Shown one piece after another: positions 1 through 11,100 of a stretch of DNA of 64,000 nucleotides (positions within the stretch are counted from its first letter, which is position 1; each line of letters starts with the position of its first letter). Under the pieces are notes generated by a model. That model was not told where the DNA came from. It did not search any database and worked only from the letters and a program-made list of their open reading frames with translations. The translations under genes were made by a program, and so were the position numbers. The stretch comes from Heterodontus francisci (lineage: Eukaryota), in assembly GCF_036365525.1 (NCBI RefSeq), contig NC_090400.1:47389138-47453137 (forward strand), given 5' to 3'.

Positions 1-13
1 ATAGCTGACCTGT

Positions 14-340
14 AATAAAAGCAAAATACTGTGGATGCTGGAAGTCTGAAATAAAAACAGAAAGTGCTGGAAATACTCAGCAGGTCTGGCAGAATCTGTG
101 GATAGAGAAACAGAGTTAACATTTCAGGTCAGTGACCTTTCATCAGAACTGACAAAGCTTAGAAATGTAATAGACTTTGAGCAAGTGAAAGGTGGGAGGG
201 GGGGGGGGGGGGGGGTGGGGGGGAGGGAAGAACAAAAGGGAAGGTTTGTGATAGGCAGGAGGGCAAGAGAGATTAAATGACAAAGATGTCATGGAATAAA
301 AGGCAAAGGGAGTAGTAGTTGTAGTAAAAGGCAAAGCATA
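14..340 (-). mobile_element. Penelope-like element 3' terminal repeat (pLTR) fragment containing a hammerhead-like core
   Basis: Same sequence (aaaagcaaaatact...tgctggaaatactcagcaggtc...gagttaac) as the end of the RT-bearing Penelope element at 31397 and the copies at 2465, 34677 and 47460. Confidence 0.75.
114..151 (-). ncRNA. Minimal type I hammerhead ribozyme-like motif with one substitution
   Basis: Minus strand CAGTT CTGATGA A AGGTCA C TGACCT GAAA TGTT AACT: conserved core, stem II hairpin, stem I AGTT/AACT; C>T change in the stem III palindrome. Confidence 0.5.
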
Positions 341-1953
341 TTATTATAGCTGATCTGTACCTTAACTCTATCCAACCACTTTGGTTCCAAATGATAGTAC
401 TCTGGTATAGTACTGAGTGAGTGCAACAATATTGCATTGGTGCAACAGCCTGGATTTATGTGCTGAAGTCTCTGGGGTAGGGCTTGGAACCCACAATCTT
501 CTGACTCCTCGGGAAGGTTGCTAGTGACTGAGCCACAGCTAACACTCAGGAAGGGAAAGAAAAATAAATACTTAAAAGAAGAAACATTATCAACCATGTA
601 AAGATGGCAAGTAAACCAGTGATCCAACTTCTTGTTATTAAATAGACGAGGGAAGTATTTATTTGGAATTCACTGCACCTTGCACTGTCCTGCTCCAATG
701 CAAAATGGTTTTAAGTAGACTTGGCTGCGGAACTAACTCCCTCTTCCAAAGAATCCCACTTAGCTTTGATCTGAAGTCAGGTCAGGCCCTGTCTTTAGAT
801 TTACACTTCAATGTTGGTGCGAAGTGAAACCGTGTTGCATGATGTAGTGAAAATGTGCTATAGAATTGGTAGCATTTTCAAGCACATCTCAAAAACTGAA
901 ATGTCAGAGGCTAATGCTAGCAGGAGCTACTTCAACCCCATCGTTCTGCATCTTCAATATTTTTCTTTAAGCTTTTAATTCCAGTTGAATTCTTGACTGA
1001 CTCAGTTTCAGTAGCCATTTGTGGTAATGCATTTCATATTTTAATAAACCATTGTGTGCAAAATAATTACTGAAAACTTATAGTTTTCCTTTCCTTTGAT
1101 ATATAAAACAATAAAACAACACAATGTTCATGTGGAGCAATGTAATTTCATTACAATACCTAAATCCCCACCCAATATGTGAGATGTGTTACCCTAATTA
1201 ATCACATAAAATAGAAATAAAACCGGGGATAAACTAGATGTTTATAATGGAGAGGGATAGTGGTTACTGTGTGTAACATCATAAACATGTTCACTTAGCA
1301 CGTGGTTATGATTTCACTCGAAATATTAAACTGAGGAGTACTTCAGAGATGTATTTATAATGTTGCTGCACAAAGTGGCCCACATGCCTTTTAATACCTG
1401 GAGTTTGAGTTCCAATCTAATGAAGACTGATGGGATGAAGTTTTCTTCCTTCTATAAAGATCCCATAGGGAATGTACCTGGTCATGAGCACTCACTGAAT
1501 CTTAGGACTAAATTGGCAATTTCACTGAGAGAAGGCACATGGAAATTTCCCACTTGTGCAGTCAGAGCTACTTTTCTGAGGTTATTGAATAAACCTTGTT
1601 ATTGGGTCAATGTCATGGGATCTTTAATCTCCATCTAATTCATTGTGACACTTAATCTGGGGGTATTTTTTGAAGCCATGGGATGCAAAAGAGGAAAATA
1701 CTCCATTTCATCGGTATTCCAACATGATGAATAATTCCTTCTTATTTCATTTTCTAAATTCTTCTTGAATCTCCTGACGGTGGTGATTTCTTTCTGGGGA
1801 ATTGAGTGATGGACATCGGCAGCCTCCTGGTACCTGCCAAATGCCTATTGGTATCGAAGGCTATTTGATCATGTAACTGAGCCTGTTGCTGTCCACCAGG
1901 GAGAATGGATAGCAATCTTTAGCAGTAATCCATGTTAATTTTGCTCCTCACTA

Positions 1954-2250
1954 TAAAGGCTTGCTTGGGTCTGCAAATGAAACCCGACAGAATCACATCT
2001 GACCCGAGCCCGACCCGGCCCAAGTCCTTTAATTTTTTCCCGCTCCCAACCCGACTACTGGAATAAGGTTGATTATATTAAAGAGATTGTGCTCTACCTT
2101 CGATGGAATCGCTCACTACAGACTAGGCGGAGTGTTTCCTGCCTTGACGTTCTGGCTGTCACTGTATCCGACCCAGCCCGACCCGACCCGACCCAAGCCC
2201 AACACATGTCGTTGGGTTCCGTCGGGTTCGGGTCAGGTAGCCATGCTCTA
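1954..2250. mobile_element. Non-autonomous hAT-type DNA transposon (MITE)
   Basis: Exact 8-bp target-site duplication CCTCACTA (1946-1953 and 2251-2258); imperfect termini TAAAGG.../...GCTCTA; subterminal CCCGA repeats in both orientations. Confidence 0.75.
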
Positions 2251-2409
2251 CCTCACTATCTTAGGGACTCTGAGGGTAGTTGTATCATTCCACTTACTGC
2301 CCAGCCACCTTATGTTCTTTGGCTTAGTATCATATCAAGGGTACATTTAACCAGTCAGCCACTGAAAGGAACTTACCTTTGTATTTCTATTGGTTTTGAC
2401 AGTTAATGT

Positions 2410-2915
2410 TACATAGAATGTACAGCACAGAAAGAGGCCATTTGACCCAACTGCTCCATATTCATAAAAGCAAAATACTGCAGATGCTGGACATCGGAAA
2501 TAAAAACAGAAAGTGCTGGAAATACTCAGCAGGTCTGGCAGCATCTGTGGAGAGGGAAACAGAGAATGGTCATATCTGACTCGAAACGTTAACTCTGTAT
2601 TTTCCTGGGAGGTATAACCTCTTAGAAATGGTATCATCCTTCTAAATCTTTTTTGCATCTTGTCCAGTGCCTCTCTAAAACCTTTTTATAATATGGAGAC
2701 CAGAACTGTGTACAGTAAGTCTAATGTAACCAAATTTCTATATAAGTTTAACATAATTACTCTTCCTTTCAATTCTGTTCCTCTAGAAATGAACTCCAGT
2801 GCTTTGTTTGCATTTTTATGGCCTTATTAACCTGTATCACAACTTTTAGTGATTTGTGTGTCTGTACCCCGCCATATCCCTTTGCTCCTCTGCCTCATTC
2901 AAACTTTTATTTTCC
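2410..2915 (-). mobile_element. Degenerate CR1 LINE 3' fragment interrupted by a Penelope pLTR piece (~2465-2600)
   Basis: CR1 tail (acatagaatgtacagcacagaaagaggccatt) and antisense RT C-terminal sequence (ggagaccagaactgtgtacagt) flank the PLE repeat. Confidence 0.6.
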
Positions 2916-3485
2916 ATGTAATTGTAGATGCAATGCAGATTTTAGTGTATGCAAATCAGGAGTTTGAATCTTATGTTTGTGATGGGAAATGTTTAACTTA
3001 ATTAAAGTGAAACAGATCAAAGGACTCTTTGAGCTGGTTATAGAGAACTAAGGGTTTTACTTGGAGATTATGAGATTGTGGACTGCATTTACAGAGTGTA
3101 GTGTAGTCTTATCCAAATCTTCTGTCGCATAGCCCAACTACAACACTGAATCTGATCTGTGGAGACCAGTTCATACTGCTCTACTGAAGTGATATATGAC
3201 TTTAACCCCTTATAAGGACTAAACCAAATCAGGAGTACATCCCTATGAATCTCCTTTAATTAAGTTCAAACCAGACAAATTCTTAAAGACACTTATTTGG
3301 GTCCAAAGAATTGAACTAGTTTTCCCTCAAAGAAAGAAAACTAACAGAGAATATTACCATCTTTCGGATAGCCTATTTTTAAATAATTATGGCCAAGTCA
3401 TAAATATCCCAGATATCATAAGGATCTGGGAAACTCTCTTCAATACGTATCTCTCCACTTAAAGAGACACAGAGAGGGGGGTTCT

Positions 3486-4527
3486 TGTAGTTGTATACAG
3501 AATGCTACGTGAGGCAATTGATTAACTTTTATATATTTATTAAAGAATTTAACATACAATACATTTTTAAGTGGATAAGTATACTACAATATCAAAGATT
3601 ACTAAGAGATGTAAAACAATCTTATTTCTAAAATAGAATTCAAAAGTTCAACCGTGACAATGTTACAGCAAAATATCTTAGAATATCCATCAAGATCCAA
3701 AGTAAACTGTTACCTTAAATTCCCCGAGTAAGCCTCCTGCTTAACAAGACAAAACACTCTCCATAAGAGCAGAATTCTCTTGTCATGCAGTCAGCCGTTC
3801 TTACCATAGGTTGAGAAGCATTGATGAGGAATTTCAATACCCCTGATTTTTTGATTCAAAACTCACACGTTTATACTGTTTCTAATCTTAATAACTCATC
3901 TTTTGGAATGTAGGTGTTACCTTTCTGTACGTGTTTTTCCTGCTTTCGTTATCCATATACGGTAATATCATTAGCTACTTATTCCCAATTATCTGCTGAG
4001 AATTCCCTTCTCATGAAGTTATGAGCTTTTATCTGGTAAAAATGTTTGTAGTGTTTTATAGTAACGTTAAGACATAACTTTCCAAATGTGTTTTATACTT
4101 CAAATATATTTAATCAAATTTGTGCAGTAACTGTTTTTTCATTTTTGGATTAAATTGCGTTTACGTGGCATCTGTTTTTTGTAGGTAACATTCCATTTTG
4201 TGATTGATCATCTGTGATGATTCTTTGATGGTACCTTGTACCATCTCCTTAAGTCAGTCTGTCTATATCATTAACATTATCAACTAATTAGGATTATAGT
4301 TATCAGTACGAACCATGTATAGCCTGTCTCATTTAACTTAAAAGGTGTTTCTGGTACACATTCCATTATAACAGGGATGTTCATGGATTTTTAACTCTGC
4401 CCTTAAAGGGAATTTCAGTGAGTCTTGAAAACTGACTATTTATTCAATCTTTAATTCTAAAAGGTATAATGTATTAATTAAATTCTACCTAATTAAGTCT
4501 ATTATTCTTATATATCATCACACTACA
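3486..4527 (+). mobile_element. Possible LTR (TG...CA) preceded by a polypurine tract
   Basis: Starts TGTAGT and ends ACTACA; AGAGAGGGGGG lies immediately upstream (3471-3481); ATTAAA about 50 nt before the end. No TSD or second copy seen. Confidence 0.3.
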
Positions 4528-4957
4528 TTAGGGTTGAGGCTGGTTTGACTGCAACCGATATAAAGTAACAGCATTATACACATATATTTAAGACTACTGT
4601 AATTTCAGGAGTAGCAAGAAATCTGACCACCAGTCAGCAAGTTAGCTTCAGGATATAACCAAGTAATTGAAAACTTTTAGAGCAGAGCAAAATCCCAGCT
4701 AATATTCTCAAGTCCCCATCTTACTGTGAAATCATAAGTTGCCTCTTGTTAAAAACGGGATGAATACTTTCAAATTGCAATTTATGATTTTGAATTTTAA
4801 ACTTGTAGGCACTGTGATATCAATTTACTTGGAGGGAATTGCATTGAAGAGGTTTGTTTTTCTCAGTGAGGTGCCAGTGTAATGTGTGGAGTGATGGTAT
4901 GCATTCATTGTTAAAAGCTTCCTTTTAAACTTCTATTTTCCTTGATTTGTTTTTAAG

Positions 4958-5137
4958 GAATGGTGCAGGCACAGATAGGACACAAGGTGCCAAACGGAAA
5001 GTTGGACTGCATGTTTCTAGAAGAGAAACAAATTGAAGGGACTGAAGTATTTGGGCCAACAACCATCAAGAGGAAGGCATTACTGCTGTTTGCGGATATT
5101 AATACAAATGAGGAAGCCATTATTTTTAAAGTTCAAG
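4958..5137 (+). CDS. TAPBPL: Tapasin-like exon: end of signal peptide and first half of N-terminal domain
   Basis: ttttaag|GAATGGTG ... GTTCAAG|gtattg; MVQAQIGHKVPNGKLDCMFLEEKQIEGTEVFGPTTIKRKALLLFADINTNEEAIIFKVQ. Confidence 0.85.
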
Positions 5138-8100
5138 GTATTGTGAAAAGATCAAGCACATCAGGAAATTAATTCTCTCTGGCGAGCACCTCCTATACTC
5201 AGGATAATCATTCAAGATGGTTTGGGAAGTTCTTTTGTGTTCCTAAAATTACTTATAATAGAAAATCCTGCCTTGTTTATTTTATTACACCAGCAGCTCT
5301 CCCATGGCACTGCTCATGGCAATTTAGACGATCCACTAATTTCTAAGTATAGGAGCAATATATGATGTAAAACACAATGGGGGTCATTTTAACCTAACCC
5401 ATGCAATGGAAAATTGATGAAATGGAGTGCAACGCTGGTTGAAGCTGGGAAAGTGACGGTGGTTTTGAATTGCTGGTGGTGACCTGGATCCAAATAGTAA
5501 TTGGTTCTTGTCTACTGAATGGCTAAGATATTGTGATTGTTGAGTAGCATATAAAAGGTGTGAAACTATGCAGATAAAAATGCATTGTCACTTCCATAGG
5601 ATACTGTATTTAATTGAATACTGCAGGAAGCTGTTTATATTTTAAAAATTGGATTACCATCAGACTTTGCCTGCCCAAGATCCTATTTGCAAGCAAGAAA
5701 AAAGCAATCTCCTCCCCCCCTCCAAATGGTAACAAACCATTATTTGCTTTTGCCAGGGAAGGAAGTGGTGGAAATTTCTGAGGATGGAGATTCCAACACC
5801 CTAATGGGTTTTAAAAAAAAACTGCATGGTTTTACAGTCCAATAGTTCTTAGTACTGCGATTTGATCAGATGTTGGTGTCTCACAAGGTAACACAAGGCT
5901 TACACTGTATTCATCAGATTCAAGTACAACGGACCGAGATTGAAAACTGCAGAATTCATCAATCAGAGGATATTGTCTCCCCAAAGACATTTCCCGCAGG
6001 AGGATAAGTGACCCATTATGGAGTTTGCTTATTAGATTTAATATTGACACTCAGTAGTATTTATCAAATTCTATTAGCGCTTCACTTTCCATTTAATTAT
6101 AACTAAACATTATTAGTTGCTTTATTTAGCCTGCTAAAACTTTGCCCCATATTTGAATATTCTGCCAATCCAAAGAGAATGATATTCTGATTAGCTCCTG
6201 CAAAAAAGGGTAGTTGTTTGTTCTCAAGTCACATGAAGGACAGATTATCACAGGCTCTGTTAGGTGTATATATGTGTCAGCTGTGGCTTAGTGGCTGCCC
6301 TCTTGTCTCTGAGTCAGTAGGTTATCAGTTCCTGTCCTACTCCAAAGACTTAAACATAAAATCCAGGCTGATAGTTCAGTTCCCTGTTCAGAGTATGCTG
6401 CACTGTTGGAAGTACTGTCTTTCCAATTGGGTGTTTAAACTCAGGTGGATGTAAAAGATGTCATGGCGCTATTTTGAAGGAGAGCCAGGGAGCTATCCCT
6501 GGGTGTTCTGGCCAATATTTAGCCCTCAATGAATCTCACAAAAACAGATGATCTGCTCATTATCCCGTTGCTGTTTGTGGGAGGTTGCTGTGCACAAATT
6601 GGCTGCTGCATTTCAACATTACAACAGTGACTACATGTCAGAAGTACTTCATTGGCTGAAAAATACTTTGGGATGTCCTGAGGTTGTGAAGTGTGCTATA
6701 ACAATACATTTCTTTCTGGATCATAGAGGACAAGGTATGGCTAAGAATTCATTTGAGAGAGAAAACAGTTCTGTACAACATCTGAAGTTGTAACATGCAC
6801 ACATTTTTGCTCAAGGCTTGTGGGGACAGGACTAATTTACTCAGAAAGGTTGACTTGTTTCAAACAAAAGTTGTGTTTAATTACCAGAAATGAGTTTGAT
6901 GAAGTCCTTTAGGAGAGACAGAGTTCATTGGTTGTTTTGCTCCCTAAGTCAGTCTTTCAAAAATAGGTGGTTAAATGGAATTGGTAATTGATTAAGAGAC
7001 ATAGATTTTCAGTTGTTTTTCTCTAAATCACAAGGTACAACAAAAAGATTTGCAGGATCCTACAACTTAGGAGGATCAGAGAGATGTGCATGTTTAGTAT
7101 TGAGAACCTTTATGTGAGTAATCAGCATCATTTTCTATTAACTTGCTGTTTAATTAGTATGTAAATCTTTCCCTTCATTTACAGAGTCTTCATTAGACAT
7201 ATTCCAGTATGTGAATGAGAAACCTGACAAATTGGATTGTGAAATTAGCAGGCATTCTACTTTTGGCATCCACGTGCCCTGGCCGCACCAGGGTAATGAC
7301 ACCAGTGAGGATATATGGTTCACAGTGACTATAAAGCACTTAAATAGGTTCACTGTAACCAGCTTCATGAGGAAGATAAAAGCACCTGATAGCCAGAAGG
7401 CTGAGAACAGTGAAGCAAAAACTGATGATGAAGATTTATCCATTGGTGATACAGACACTATGTTAGTTCAAGGTAATGTTCTAATGCTGACCAGCAATCT
7501 ATATGTTCAGAGAGAGTGCTGTGAGGTGTATTGTGGACAATATTTGCCTTTCATGGGAGTGTTAAAAATGTCTCTATTCCAATAATAATACATCTGAACA
7601 AAAAAACCCATATGGCATAAACAGCATATGACTGCATTTGTAAAATGAGCTAATGAGGAAAATACAATTTTAAATGGTTTTACCTGAGTTACTAATAGTA
7701 ATTAACTGTTGTGAAATACAAGCTAATGGCTGTTTCTTTTTACTTGTTAGTGAGCTACATTATCTACACTGGCACCCCATTGATTAGAACCAAATTGAAG
7801 CAAGACCTGATTCTGGACTGTGGCTACAAAATTGATCACAGTACAGACTTTAACATTGACTGGAGGTATCAACACAAAGGGACCAAGAAGAAATTGTTCG
7901 CCTACAATGGACGACGTCAGCAAGTTGAACACATCGAGGAAGGAGTTGAAATATTCATGGACCAGATCAAGAATGGAAATGCTTCCCTCCGCATAAGAAA
8001 TGTTCGCATTAAAGATGAGGGATCCTACACCTGTTCCGTATATGTCCCTCCGCTCTTTGGAACACACACCATCGAGTTGGAGGTTATGGGTAAGATACCG

Positions 8101-11100
8101 ATGCTGATGAATTAATCGGCTTTGAAAACAAATGGGTCAGGGGAAATGACAATTTGAATTTATTTGGGTAATGGAACAGTGTGAAAATTAGCAGAAAACT
8201 GAAAGGACAATTTTGATCTTGCTGTCTCCTGTAATCAGCCAAGGCCTCTGCTCCAGAGGTAGTGTCTGGATTAATTAGTTCAATCTACATTCAGTTGAAT
8301 ATGTGCATTTCAACATCAGAAAAAGGTGTACAGTGCAGGCGGTTAAGATTAGTGCAAACACCTGACCAAATCATCTTTAATCTTCATCCTGACTTTCAGC
8401 AATCAGTGTGATTGGAATCCAGCTCAGCTGAGGACAAGGTTGCTGCCATTTAAGTAGAGGGGCTGAATAAGTTCCAGGGTGTTTTACAGCTATAACTGAG
8501 ATGGCCCTTATGAGCAGTACAATGCCAGATCAGAGGGTAGGTGTAAAACTGAGTCCCTTAGGGATCTGGATTTGGCTCCTTGTGTTTTTTCTAATCTACA
8601 TAAATGATTTGGAAACCTGACATCAGATTTGCTGATCTCACTAAAGTAAGGAGAACAGTTGAGACAGAGGATTCATCAAAAAAGTTTGCAGAATTGGCTA
8701 TGCAGCTGGCAAATTCAATTTAGAAATTCACAGCTCATACAATACTTTCGAATTGTAGTCACTGCAAATGCGGCAGCCAATCAGCACACTGCAAGGTCCC
8801 AAATCGCTAATGATATAAGTGACCAGATCCTCAGCATTTAGTGGTGTTGGTTGATAGATAAATGTTGTCTAGGACAACAGGTAAGCTTCCCTGCTATTCC
8901 TCAAATGCTTACTTACATCTGAGAAGGCAGACAGGGTCCTCTGTTTAATGTATCATGCAAAAGACAGCACCTCTGATACTGCAGCACTCCCTAACTACTG
9001 CACAAAACGTCATCCTCAACTACAGCTGAAGTGTCCAAAGAGTGGCTTACACTGATGACTGCTTGACTCGGAGGTAGGAGTTCTACTACTGAGCCAAGGT
9101 TTGCACTTAAAATGAAATTTAGCGATGATATATTGGTTAGACATTGATCGATAACATGTCCATCATGGGGTAAGTTCTCTGAATCTGCAGCACGAGCTGG
9201 AAGCAACGCTTGAAGGGAGCACAGCTCCCCACTGGGAATACAAGATCAGTGAATTTACCCTGACAAATTTGCAATGAATGGAATGGAACAGGGGAGAGGG
9301 ACTAACTGGATAGTTCTTCCAAAGAGCTGCCAAAAGTACGATGGGCAGAATGACGACCTCCTGCCCTGCATGGTTCTATGAATTGGCAAAAGGCAACTTT
9401 GAATATGATGAGTCTATCGTTATTCTATGTTTGAACAATATAGTGAAGCAATTAACAAAGCAAGTAGAGTGCTGTGATATACACCCAGAACAGTAGAGTG
9501 CAAGGAGCTGAATTTCACAGGCAGGTCTTCTAGAGTTATATCTGGAATGGAACAGGGTGGGGTGGGGAAATTCCCATCTAGCCACTTTGGTGATTATTTT
9601 ACCTGGGATTACATCACCACTGCTAACCTGCACAAACTAATGGAGTATATGAATTTAACAGGTGTCAAACAGTGATTTTGGATGAAGGGCTGCTGAAAGG
9701 GTCTGTGTTGACATACCACGAGAGATTAAAGGTGCTTTTGGATTTGTTGAGTTCAGATCTTGGGACTACAGTGTTTGTGCTCTGCCATTAACATTGCTAA
9801 AACAGGCCCCTTTAATCCTACCTGCAAGTTTGTGGACCCATGTGGATATGGGCTTGGCCTGTTATTCTGCTGGAGGGGTAAATGAGCCAATTTTAGCAAT
9901 GTAAACCCAGGGAGGCGACACAGGGATGCTACTGTTCCATTATGCAAACTGAACAAGTGCTGAGCCTTCGCAGATGGGTGTTACAGTCAGAGTCCTGCCA
10001 CTTTGGAACATGTTCCTTGCCGATACATTAAACACTTGCTCTTCTCACCAGCTCTTTTAAGTGTACATATGTGTATGATTGTATGGGAAAAATATTACTA
10101 TCAAAAAAACTATGTAGGAAAAATTATTTAAAGGGGAATTTTTTTAGATTGGTAGTTCCCATATTGGTTCCTTGTTGCTACAGCGACATGTTCACACTGG
10201 GGCCCATATGGAAGAATATATTATTACAATTTGATTCCAGTTAAAGAGATTGAAGGCTGCAAATCCTAAGCATCAGAAGGCCTATAAAACCTGAATGTAT
10301 AACCAGTTGTCATGGCTTGTTATGACAAAGGCTTTTGTTTTCTTTGTAGAGTCACCCACTGTCTTAATGAACCCTGATTCACTTTCCCTTAAGGAAGGGG
10401 ATGAACAGAAGCTGGAATGTGAAGCAGGGCATTATTACCCACTTGATGTAGCAGTAAAGTGGATGCGGCAGGAGGGCGAGGGGCATATGCTGCCCGTCTA
10501 CATGACCAATGTCGTCTTCTCACCCCACAAGCGGAACATGGATGGCACCTACAGTGTGACCAGTTACTTCAGGTTCACAGCCTCCCTTAGAGACAATGGT
10601 ATTCTGTACACATGTCGAGTTGAGCATGCCAGCTTGGAGAAGCCAATCAAACGTTATATCCGAGTAAATGTAGAAGGTAAGCAATGAGGAAAATTCTATG
10701 ATACTGTTCATTTAAAATTGTTCCAAAGTGTGTCACAGAGTCAATATGCATTAAAATTGGATGCCTAAGGATGTGTTTAATCATACGCAGGTGGAGGGCG
10801 TTAGTTTAGGTCTTACTTGATTTATATCTAAGGAGACACAAACTGAGTGAAGGTTTGAGTGAGGAGTTGCATATTTGTAATCTTTTTTACTTTTGTAAAA
10901 TAAATGCAAGATTAAGTAAAGATTGGTTCCAGCACCATCCTTCAGAAACAAACTTTCTAGAGTAGAACATTCACGTCTTTTATTTTCGCTCTCAGGTTAA
11001 TATTGAAGCAGTGACAATTCAGTAAAAATGTCTATTAATTCACCTTATGTACCAATTTTGGAATCAATCTGGTTCCAGCAATTGCCCAAAGATCCACTTT

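Noticed and set aside
191-227. G-quadruplex-forming poly-G run
   Set aside because: Homopolymer expansion inside a Penelope fragment; length may be a sequencing artefact and no functional context is visible
1980-2240. CRISPR-like or satellite array of CCCGA units
   Set aside because: No repeat-spacer periodicity; explained as hAT subterminal repeats in a eukaryotic genome
4960-5172. ORF-track ATG at 4960 as the start of the tapasin-like protein
   Set aside because: It lies 2 nt after a good acceptor, has an in-frame stop just upstream and no hydrophobic signal core; a separate leader exon is expected. I could not identify it within 1-4957
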